Positions 17,900 through 26,108 are shown, numbered from the stretch's first letter. The stretch is DNA of 36,872 nucleotides from Bacillota bacterium (GCA_021821025.1 JAKACY010000002.1:1-36872); one strand, 5' to 3'. Program-made: numbers and translations. Notes: generated from the letters alone by a model not told the origin.

Positions 17900-18334
17900 A
17901 TGTTAATAGGGATTCCTGAAGTAATTTCTCCAGATTTGCTGAAGATCTTGATGGAGATGGGGCATGGAGACGAAATCGTATTGGCGGATGGAAACTTTCC
18001 GGCGGTAAGTCACGCTAATCGCTTAGTGAGAGCAGATGGGCACGGGATAGTCACTTTATTAGACGCAATTCTTGAGCTATTCCCACTGGATGCCTACGTC
18101 GATCATCCAGTTGCCCTCATGCAGGTTGTTCCCGGAGATACCGTGGAAACCCCAATTTGGGATACTTTCGCAGCTGTCCTTGGTGAGCGGACCGGAGTAA
18201 GTCAGCCATTTGAGTACATGGAGCGATTCTCATTCTACGAAAGGGCGCGCAAGGCGTATGCAATTGTTGCTACCGGTGAACGGGCATTGTACGCAAACAT
18301 GATCCTGAAAAAAGGCGTAATTTGCAAAAAATAG
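17900..18334 (+). CDS. fucU: L-fucose mutarotase (RbsD/FucU family)
   Basis: 144 aa. ISPDLLKILMEMGHGDEIVLADGNFP ... RFSFYERARKAYAIVATGERALYANMILKKGV is near-colinear with E. coli FucU as I recall it. Confidence 0.9.
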   Translation: MLIGIPEVISPDLLKILMEMGHGDEIVLADGNFPAVSHANRLVRADGHGIVTLLDAILELFPLDAYVDHPVALMQVVPGDTVETPIWDTFAAVLGERTGVSQPFEYMERFSFYERARKAYAIVATGERALYANMILKKGVICKK

Positions 18335-18343
18335 CCACGTTGG

Positions 18344-18628
18344 ATGAAGAATCTCCCACACGAAGAGGCGCGGAGTCAATTGAACTACATGTCGGATATC
18401 ATTCAGTGGGTTGCAGGTATCCGACCGCGCTTTTTCAGGCCTCTATATGGCGCTTTGAACGACGAAACGATTCGGATGGTCATGTGCTTGGGTTATAAGA
18501 TTCTGTTTTGGGATGTCGACAGTTTGGATTGGGCTGGAATGACCGCTACACAAGTGTCAAACAATGTATTGTCTCATACCGGGCCCGGCTCCGGGTATGC
18601 GGCCAAAACAGTTCTACCTAGCGCCTGA
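18344..18628 (+). pseudogene. Fragment of a CE4 (NodB-type) polysaccharide deacetylase
   Basis: RPRFFRPLYGALNDETIRMVMCLGYKILFWDVDSLDW matches the central FRPPYG...W.vDs.DW block of NodB domains. The N-terminal TFDDG/HxxxH metal site and the C-terminal LHD block are missing. No RBS is evident. Confidence 0.55.
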
Positions 18629-18647
18629 TCAACTTTTTTTCTAGAAG

Positions 18648-20183
18648 TTAGCGTAAGCCAAGCCGAAGTAACTGCTCTTCCGGTGCCCCGAGTTCCTTAA
18701 GCGTATTTTTGAGTCGCAACTGGAGTTCGGCCACCTTGTCGGGGTGGGACCGTGATAGGTTGATAAGTTCGTTCGGATCATTTTCTTTATCGCTAAGCCA
18801 CGTCTCAGTTTCCCATGAAACGCAATGATGGACCTGACGCCGGCCTGGGCGATAGGAGTGAACGGTCAGTGACTCGTCAGATGGCTCGCTCTCATACGGC
18901 CCTAACTCATAGGGGAGAAAGCGAGCCATGTGATGTCCATACCAGTAAAGCGGTTGGTTATCCTGGCAAGGCGATTGGTGAAGGATCCAGCGACCGTCAG
19001 TTAATGTGACGCTTTTTCCAAACTGTCCGGCTATGGCATACGATCGAATCGAGGTGTTAGGATCCAGCAGGACGGGATGGAGGTCTATTCCATGCCGTCC
19101 GGGTGGGCACGGTTTGTTCAGGGCACTGAGGACGGTCGGATATATGTCTACGAGTTGCACCAACTGACTTCGGCGTGTTCCAGCCTTTGCATCCGGGTGT
19201 GCCACAATAAAGGGGATATGTCCTACCGCGTCGTGTTCGTGTGTCTGCAGCTTTCCCAGTCTGCCGTGGTCCCCGTTATAAGTACCATGATCAGAAGTAA
19301 AAATAACCATCGTGTTGCGCCATAGGTTTAGTTCGTCCATCTTGTCGAGGAGTTTTCCCAACCACTTATCCACTAGCATCACGTGAGCGGCATAGCGGGC
19401 TTGGTAGTGACGTAGTTCATCGAAGGACATGTGGTTTCGCCAATGGTCGTAGGGGGCCATCGAACGCCAATGAGGTATATTGTAGCCGCGCGGGTCGAAT
19501 CGTTTAACCAGTTTCTCAGGCGCGTCCCAAGGTTCGTGCGGATCAAAACAGTCTACGTGAAGGTAGAACCCCTCATATGTGTGGTTATGTTCCAGCCAAT
19601 CTGCCGCCTTCGTAAAAACCTGAGCTGAAAAAGTATCCTTTTCATCGTGGTGCGTAAGGTGGACATTGCGAAAATGACGTTCTGTTTTATGAAAGGGTGG
19701 GTCTGGGTTAGGAAATGTGACAGGGTTAGTTTTCCAAGCGTCCGCCTCGTGCCCGCGAATAAACTCAAATCCGGAGTAACCCATATGGTAGTTACCTGAT
19801 CCTTGCTCCCACAAGTGAAAATGATCTGTGACGAGATAACTAATCGAAAAGCCTTCCGCTTGTACCTTTGCAAGCGACTGATTGGGTGGGCCCGAAACTT
19901 GACGAGGCAGATCCAGGTCTTCGTCCTCTAAAGGTCCCCAGCCGCGTTCGAGAAACTCATAGCGTCCTGTATAGATATCTCTACGAGCTGGCATACACGG
20001 GGTTGATCCGCACCATGCATGATCAAATACCACTCCGCGGGCAGCAAGCCGATCCATGTTCGGCGTCGGAACAGTCCATTCTGCCTGCTCCGGGCCTGTT
20101 ACCTGAGAGAGTGGCAGGCCATGATGATAAGGGCCACAATGATCCCTGCGTAGAGTATCACATAAGATAACGATGCAATTCAT
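18648..20183 (-). CDS. Cys-type (formylglycine-dependent) sulfatase, no signal peptide
   Basis: 511 aa. N-terminal metal-site context IVILCDTLRRDH. The CxPxR motif TPCMPARRDIYTGRY is encoded at 19983..19997 (reverse complement tgt atg cca gct cgt). A later block reads FTSDHG. Confidence 0.85.
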   Translation of the reverse strand: MNCIVILCDTLRRDHCGPYHHGLPLSQVTGPEQAEWTVPTPNMDRLAARGVVFDHAWCGSTPCMPARRDIYTGRYEFLERGWGPLEDEDLDLPRQVSGPPNQSLAKVQAEGFSISYLVTDHFHLWEQGSGNYHMGYSGFEFIRGHEADAWKTNPVTFPNPDPPFHKTERHFRNVHLTHHDEKDTFSAQVFTKAADWLEHNHTYEGFYLHVDCFDPHEPWDAPEKLVKRFDPRGYNIPHWRSMAPYDHWRNHMSFDELRHYQARYAAHVMLVDKWLGKLLDKMDELNLWRNTMVIFTSDHGTYNGDHGRLGKLQTHEHDAVGHIPFIVAHPDAKAGTRRSQLVQLVDIYPTVLSALNKPCPPGRHGIDLHPVLLDPNTSIRSYAIAGQFGKSVTLTDGRWILHQSPCQDNQPLYWYGHHMARFLPYELGPYESEPSDESLTVHSYRPGRRQVHHCVSWETETWLSDKENDPNELINLSRSHPDKVAELQLRLKNTLKELGAPEEQLLRLGLR

Positions 20184-20389
20184 CTATCCATCACCACTCA
20201 GTCCTTTGAAGTAGATGTTCCAGTTTTGTGTCAATCATGGCAGACGATTCGCCCATGGGGCCGGCTAATCGGAAGACTTCGGGTGTTGTGCCACCTCTAG
20301 AATCGTTGAGTGCATAAGACAGAAAAAGAAGGTCTGGTTCGCAATTATATGACTGTCAATCGATGATAGCGATTTTCCGGTTAGGGTAA

Positions 20390-20439
20390 TTGACTTATCT
20401 GAATATTATGCTTAGACTGAATCATGTATGATACATGAT
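20390..20439 (+). promoter_or_regulatory. Promoter TTGACT-17-TAGACT with the 19-bp perfect palindrome operator ATCATGTAT-G-ATACATGAT (20421..20439)
   Basis: TTGACT at 20390-20395, a 17-nt spacer, TAGACT at 20413-20418, 2 nt, then the palindrome. The layout matches 13901..13943. Confidence 0.6.
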
Positions 20440-20550
20440 GTTTGCAGCATTTTATCGAGCGTCTTTAACGCTTTGATCTACACTGTCATCATGTAGTTTC
20501 GCTGGTGATCATGTGATTTTTAGATAAGGTTGAGAAAGTGAGGAGTTGCC

Positions 20551-21648
20551 GTGAAGATCACGAAGGTGGAAAGCTTCGTCCTGCACGTACCACTCAATCC
20601 CCCGATTACCGATGCCATTAATTCACCTACGCATTGGGGGTTGCCTGGAGTACGGATATTTACGGACGAGGGTATCGTGGGATACGGCTATACCGGAACT
20701 TGCGCGTTAGGTGATGAGATGATCGCGGACACAATTGATCGGTACTACGCCCCCGCACTATTGCAGCGCGATCCATTTCTGGTCCGGGATATCTGGCAGA
20801 GTCTGCGTTATGGTGACTTGCACTGGGTAGGTAGGGCGGGCATCACGCAGATGGCGTTGGCCGCGGTGGATATCGCGCTGTGGGACATCATGGCTAAAGC
20901 CGCGGGAGAGCCATTGTGGCGGTATTTGGGCGGGCATAAGACAGACGGAATAAAGGCATACAACACGAATGGCGGATGGTTAAACTGGACGACTGACCGC
21001 CTGCTGCAGGATATAACCACCTTCGTTGATGAGGGTTTTACGGGCGTGAAGATGAAGGTGGGCAAACCGGACCCGAAAGAAGATTACGAACGGGTCAAGG
21101 CGGTGCGCCAAGCCATCGGAGACGACGTAGACCTGATGTTGGATGTCAATCAGGGCTGGAACATTACTACGGCGATGCGATGGGGTAAAAAGCTCGAAGA
21201 TTTTGACCCGCTATGGTTGGAAGAACCTCTGAACCCGGATGATACGATTGGCCATAAGAAATTGGCTGATGAACTCAACACGGCCATCGCGCTCGGGGAG
21301 CACCTATACACGAAGTACGCTTTTCGAGATTACATCCATCAAGGTGCGGTGGAGTACGTGCAGGTCGATGCGACCCGGGTCGGCGGTATCACAGAATGGT
21401 TGGAAGTCGCCGGGCTTGCGGCGGCGTATGACCTGCCCATCGTCCCACACGTTGGTGACATGGGCCAAATACACCAGCACTTGGTTGCAGCGACGAGAAA
21501 TGCGCCGATGCTGGAGTATATTCCGTGGATTCGGCATATCTTTGTTGAGCCGGTACAAGTGGAGAAAGGTCGTTACAGGTTGCCTGAATTGCCGGGAGCT
21601 GCGACGGAGGTCTCTCCGGAGGCGTTTGAAAGGTACCGCGTTCGCTAA
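20551..21648 (+). CDS. Enolase-superfamily, MR-subgroup acid-sugar dehydratase; candidate L-fuconate/L-galactonate dehydratase
   Basis: GTG start 5 nt after GAGGAG. Motifs: KxK (GVKMKVG), metal ligands in LMLDVNQGW, WLEEP and ALGEH, and the Asp/His dyad in VQVDATRVGGITE and IVPHVG. Specificity is inferred from context only. Confidence 0.8.
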   Translation: MKITKVESFVLHVPLNPPITDAINSPTHWGLPGVRIFTDEGIVGYGYTGTCALGDEMIADTIDRYYAPALLQRDPFLVRDIWQSLRYGDLHWVGRAGITQMALAAVDIALWDIMAKAAGEPLWRYLGGHKTDGIKAYNTNGGWLNWTTDRLLQDITTFVDEGFTGVKMKVGKPDPKEDYERVKAVRQAIGDDVDLMLDVNQGWNITTAMRWGKKLEDFDPLWLEEPLNPDDTIGHKKLADELNTAIALGEHLYTKYAFRDYIHQGAVEYVQVDATRVGGITEWLEVAGLAAAYDLPIVPHVGDMGQIHQHLVAATRNAPMLEYIPWIRHIFVEPVQVEKGRYRLPELPGAATEVSPEAFERYRVR

Positions 21649-21773
21649 AGACGCTTCTCATAAAATGGCCGCAGTCTTAAAATAGATGCTTCCTTAGCAT
21701 ATCGCATGAAAAATGAGTCCCGGCCGCAAGTTCAGTTCGCACAAGGAAAACAAATATTGAGGAGGGGATATCG

Positions 21774-23024
21774 ATGGCAGCCATACATCCAGGTGCCCAG
21801 TGGTTTCCGGACGCAAAGCTGGGTATGTTCATTCATTGGGGCCCGTATTCACTAAGAGGGATTGAGGCTTCGTGGCCGCTTCAGCCGCACAGCCATCAGT
21901 ATATCGCGACTGAGGAGTACGAGGCGTTGGCCCTGGACTTTTGCCCTGAACACTACGATCCTGTTAAATGGGCTCGCATGGCTAAAGAGGCGGGAGCCAA
22001 GTACGTCGTGCTGACGGCAAAGCACCACGATGGCTACTGTCTGTTTGATACCAAGACCACCGACTACTGTGCGCCGAAAACAGGGCCTGGCGTTGATCTC
22101 ATCACTCCGTATGTGGAGGCCGTACGCGCTGCTGGGCTCAAGGTCGGATTCTACTTCACCACGATTGATTGGCACGATCCTGATTTTGCTACTATTCCTA
22201 TCAAGTCCTACATCCAGTCTCCTAAACCATTTGTTTATGATCCGCAGCGCTGGTACAGTTTTCACCAACGTTTTATGACCCAACTCACGGAGTTATTGAC
22301 GAACTACGGGCAAATTGACCTGATCTGGTTTGACGTGCCAGGGTTCGGTGCGGATCGCTGGCGCAGCTATGAAGTCAAGCAGATGATGCTCAATCTACAG
22401 CCACACATCGTCATCAACGATCGGCTTCCTGAAGTGGGAGACTACGCAACACCGGAGCAGTTTATCCCACACCATCCACCGAAAGGCTGGTGGGAGACCT
22501 GCATGACCATGAACCATCAATGGGCGTATCACCCAGACGGGTCTACTTACAAGGATGTCCGCACCTTGATTCGAACCCTTACGGAGGTGGTGCACAAAGG
22601 GGGAAACCTGCTTTTGAACGTCGGACCGAAGCCGGACGGAACCTTTCCTCAGGAGGCTGTACAGCGCCTTGAGAGCATCGGCCAGTGGATGGGACATTCG
22701 GGATCCAGTCTGTACGGAACACGCCCTGCGCCTGAAGGTGCTTCAGAGTGTTTCTATGGGCCGCTGACAACTAAGGATAACACAGTGTTCCTGCACGTGT
22801 TGGACATTCCGCAAGGGCCTGTCGAACTGCGAGGCGTTGCTGGCGAGGTCGTGAGCGTTACACTGATGTCGACAGGGGATCCGCTATCATACCGAGTACA
22901 TAACGCACCACACTTCTGGGACTCTAGCGAGCAGCGACTTGAAGTGGATTTGTCCCGTGAGCAGTGCGATCCGTACAATACCGTCATCGCGGTTGAGTTT
23001 GCGCAACCCCCTTTGTGGCCGTAG
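21774..23024 (+). CDS. GH29 alpha-L-fucosidase (paralog 2), no signal peptide
   Basis: RBS GAGGAGGGG. Motifs: LGMFIHWGPY, TAKHHDGYCLF, DLIWFDVPG and GGNLLLNVGPKPDG. Confidence 0.9.
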   Translation: MAAIHPGAQWFPDAKLGMFIHWGPYSLRGIEASWPLQPHSHQYIATEEYEALALDFCPEHYDPVKWARMAKEAGAKYVVLTAKHHDGYCLFDTKTTDYCAPKTGPGVDLITPYVEAVRAAGLKVGFYFTTIDWHDPDFATIPIKSYIQSPKPFVYDPQRWYSFHQRFMTQLTELLTNYGQIDLIWFDVPGFGADRWRSYEVKQMMLNLQPHIVINDRLPEVGDYATPEQFIPHHPPKGWWETCMTMNHQWAYHPDGSTYKDVRTLIRTLTEVVHKGGNLLLNVGPKPDGTFPQEAVQRLESIGQWMGHSGSSLYGTRPAPEGASECFYGPLTTKDNTVFLHVLDIPQGPVELRGVAGEVVSVTLMSTGDPLSYRVHNAPHFWDSSEQRLEVDLSREQCDPYNTVIAVEFAQPPLWP

Positions 23025-23053
23025 ATTTTGGGTGATAGGGAGGACGGTGCTCG

Positions 23054-23344
23054 GTGGCAAGGTATGGAATGGTCATCAAGGTGATGCCGGGAAAAGTCGA
23101 GGAGTATGTGCGGTTGCAACAAGCCGTGTGGCCTGAGGCTACTCCATCTTTTTGAAAGACGATCTGCTTTTTAGTTACTACGAGTAACAGGTGAGGATTA
23201 CGAGGGAGATATGGCGAAGATGGCCGCCGATTCGATGACGAAAAAATGGTGGGCACTTTGCGAACCTTGTCAGGACCCATTGCAGACGCGGGCCCCTGGC
23301 GAATGGTGGCCCAGATGGAGGAAGTGTTCCGACTGGACGAATGA
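23054..23344 (+). pseudogene. Decayed L-rhamnose-mutarotase-family (RhaM/YiiL, DUF718) gene, paralog of 35763..36089
   Basis: GTG 23054 reads VARYGMVIKVMPGKVEEYVRLQQAVWPE, then about 30 nt are missing relative to the intact copy. A 1-nt deletion creates TAA (YYE*), and another 1-nt deletion lies near the end (GEWW/QMEEVFRLDE*). The nucleotide alignment to 35763..36089 is obvious by eye and includes the RBS region. Confidence 0.7.
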
Positions 23345-23417
23345 AGGCTGCGTGGTTCGTGGTGTCCGATGAATCTATGGAATTAGCGGATTTGATATAC
23401 CCGAAGGAGTGTGGAGA

Positions 23418-24719
23418 ATGGCAAAACTGCTGAGTAAGACAGAGTATGAGCAAAACGTGGCTGAGAGTCGCGATCGGCGGATGGCTTGGTGGCGAGAAGC
23501 CCGCTTTGGGATGTTCGTGCACTTTGGACTATACGCGCTCATTGGTAGAAACGAATGGGCGATGTCCTTGGAGAATTACCCAATTGCTGAGTATGAGAAG
23601 TTGGCCCAACAATTCAATCCAAAGCCTGGTGCGCCGAGGGAATGGGCGAAGCTAGCTAAGGCGGCAGGGATGAAGTACATGGTATTGACCACGCGGCATC
23701 ATGATGGCTTCAGCCTGTGGGATTCCAAGGTGAATCCGTACAATAGCGTGAACATCGGGCCGAAGCGGGACATCGTGCGCGAGTTCGTCGATGCTTGTCG
23801 GGAGTTCGACCTGCGCATTGGCTTTTACTCTTCGTTGATGGACTGGCACCATCCGGACGGTGGTCGTGCCGCGTATGATCGCGAGGCTCGCGCTCGCTTC
23901 ACAGCTTATGTGAAGGGGTTGAATCGCGAGCTCATGACGCAGTACGGAAAGATCGATGTACTATGGTACGACGTTGCTCTGCCCATGGAGACGTGGGAAG
24001 GTTGGGATTCGCTGACGATGAATCAGATGGTGCGCGAACTGCAACCGGATATCATTCTCAACAACCGCAGCAGACTGGACGAGGATTTCGGAACACCTGA
24101 GGAACACCTGACCGCGATGGACAGGGACTGGGAAGCGTGCATGACATTCAACGGCATCAGTTGGGGATATGTGGATTCTAAACAGGCGATGCCGTACAGC
24201 TATAATGCACAGCGCATCATCCGCATGCTAAATACCGTCACGGCAGGAGGAGGAAACCTACTTCTTAATATTGGCCCGGCGCCGGATGGATCTGTACCGC
24301 AGGAGGCCCAGGTACCGCTGGAAACGGTAGGGAGGTGGCTTGCGAGAAACGGGCAGGCGGCCTACGGGGTCAAGCAAAGAACGGAGTTTAGTAGGGCAAG
24401 TGGGGTATGCGGTAGTTCCCGCGAAGGCAACCGTGTATATCTGTGGAACTGGGTGTGGCCACGTGAGGGGCAGATGGCCCTCGGAGGGTTCGTAACACCC
24501 GTGAAGACTATTCGACTGGTGGAGGATGGTAAGCCGATTGAATTTGAACAACGCGGCCACCGCATTATTTTGAAAAACCTGCCCGCATCGTCGCCGGATG
24601 AAATTGCGGGTATCGCAGTTTTGGAACTGGAGTTTGAGGAACCTCCTGTGTTTCACTTCGCCAGTTACTTTCCGCAGCTGCACGGTGGTTTCGATTACGC
24701 AGAAAACGGGAAATTGTAG
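23418..24719 (+). CDS. GH29 alpha-L-fucosidase (paralog 3), no signal peptide
   Basis: ATG 23418 lies 8 nt after GAAGGAG. Motifs: RFGMFVHFGLY, TTRHHDGFSLW, DVLWYDVAL and GGNLLLNIGPAPDG. Confidence 0.9.
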   Translation: MAKLLSKTEYEQNVAESRDRRMAWWREARFGMFVHFGLYALIGRNEWAMSLENYPIAEYEKLAQQFNPKPGAPREWAKLAKAAGMKYMVLTTRHHDGFSLWDSKVNPYNSVNIGPKRDIVREFVDACREFDLRIGFYSSLMDWHHPDGGRAAYDREARARFTAYVKGLNRELMTQYGKIDVLWYDVALPMETWEGWDSLTMNQMVRELQPDIILNNRSRLDEDFGTPEEHLTAMDRDWEACMTFNGISWGYVDSKQAMPYSYNAQRIIRMLNTVTAGGGNLLLNIGPAPDGSVPQEAQVPLETVGRWLARNGQAAYGVKQRTEFSRASGVCGSSREGNRVYLWNWVWPREGQMALGGFVTPVKTIRLVEDGKPIEFEQRGHRIILKNLPASSPDEIAGIAVLELEFEEPPVFHFASYFPQLHGGFDYAENGKL

Positions 24720-24761
24720 GGAAAGCAGGATTGCGAGGGTTCAGCACAAACTTAGGAGGTT

Positions 24762-26108
24762 ATGGAGATGGCTTACTATGGGTGGCCGGATAAGTACGGG
24801 AATCCGGACTGGTTAGTAAACGCTCGCTTTGGACTATTCATCCACTGGGGACTATACGCTGCCGCAGCGCGCCACGAGTGGGTGATGAATCGGGAGAAAA
24901 TCAATTCTGAGAAGTATCGCAAGTACTTTGAGCATTTCGACCCGGATCTATACGATCCGACAGTTTGGGCGGACGCGGCTAAGGACGCAGGCATGAAGTA
25001 CTTCGTCATCACGACGAAGCATCATGAGGGCTTCTCCCTCTGGGACTCACAGTTGACCGATTATAAGGCAACGAATACGCCTGCCGGACGCGACTTGCTT
25101 CGTCCGATGTTAGATGCATTTCGTAGTAGAGGATTGAAGGTAGGCATGTATCATTCCCTCATCGACTGGCATCATCCGGACTTCCCGATCGACGGCTTGC
25201 ATCCGATGCGCGACGACGAGGCATTCCGAGAGCAGGAGAAAGATCGGAAAATGGAGCGCTACGTCGAATATCTGCACGGACAAGTGAGGGAATTGCTGAC
25301 GAACTACGGGAAGATAGACTACCTGTGGTTTGACTTCTCGTATTCCAAGATGGATTGGGGCTGGTCGAAAGGAAAGGGTGCTCTGGACTGGCAGTCTGAG
25401 GCCTTGGAACGGCTGGTCTTGGAACTGCAACCCGATATCCTGTTAAATGATAGGCTTGAACTGGGTCGCGGCGTTGTCACCCCGGAGCAGTACCAACCTC
25501 GGCAGGCCATCACGCAGGGCGGGCAACCAGTTATCTGGGAGGCTTGCCAGACGTTAAATGGGAGTTGGGGATACGACCGAGACAACCACGATTACAAGTC
25601 CGTCGAGATGCTGGTCAAGATGCTGATCGACAGCGTATCAAAAGGGGGCAACTTGCTGCTCAACGTCGGCCCCACAGGGCGCGGAGAGTTTGATGAGCGA
25701 GCATTGTCGAGCTTGCAGGGAATTGGAAAATGGATGCGCCAGCATTCACGATCGATTTACGGAGCAGGTAGTAGCGAATTTGACGCACCAGTAGATTGTC
25801 GTTATACACAACGAGGCGATCGGCTGTACTTGCATATCTACTCTTGGCCCTACCGTCACATTCACTTAAGCGGATTGGCTGGACGCATCAGTTACGCCCA
25901 GCTATTGCACGATGCTTCGGAAGTCAAGTATGTCGAGCACACGGGCCGTCAATCCGAATCGCCTATCGACGTCGCCGAGACAGACGGTACAGTCACTTTA
26001 GAGTTGCCAGTTCAACAACCAAATGTGGTAGTCCCTGTGGTCGAGTTGTTCTTGAACCACGGGAAGTATCCCGAAGGCGTGCGTAGAGTTCGACACGTGT
26101 CAGGGTGA
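24762..26108 (+). CDS. GH29 alpha-L-fucosidase (paralog 4), no signal peptide
   Basis: AGGAGG upstream; the start is ATG 24762 or, with better spacing, ATG 24768. Motifs: RFGLFIHWGLY, TTKHHEGFSLW, DYLWFDFSY and GGNLLLNVGPTGRG. Confidence 0.9.
   Translation: MEMAYYGWPDKYGNPDWLVNARFGLFIHWGLYAAAARHEWVMNREKINSEKYRKYFEHFDPDLYDPTVWADAAKDAGMKYFVITTKHHEGFSLWDSQLTDYKATNTPAGRDLLRPMLDAFRSRGLKVGMYHSLIDWHHPDFPIDGLHPMRDDEAFREQEKDRKMERYVEYLHGQVRELLTNYGKIDYLWFDFSYSKMDWGWSKGKGALDWQSEALERLVLELQPDILLNDRLELGRGVVTPEQYQPRQAITQGGQPVIWEACQTLNGSWGYDRDNHDYKSVEMLVKMLIDSVSKGGNLLLNVGPTGRGEFDERALSSLQGIGKWMRQHSRSIYGAGSSEFDAPVDCRYTQRGDRLYLHIYSWPYRHIHLSGLAGRISYAQLLHDASEVKYVEHTGRQSESPIDVAETDGTVTLELPVQQPNVVVPVVELFLNHGKYPEGVRRVRHVSG

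Noticed and set aside
23178-23522. 114-aa minus-strand ORF between GH29 paralogs 2 and 3
   Set aside because: It is antisense to the RhaM-family pseudogene and to the start of GH29 paralog 3. It has no motif and no RBS.
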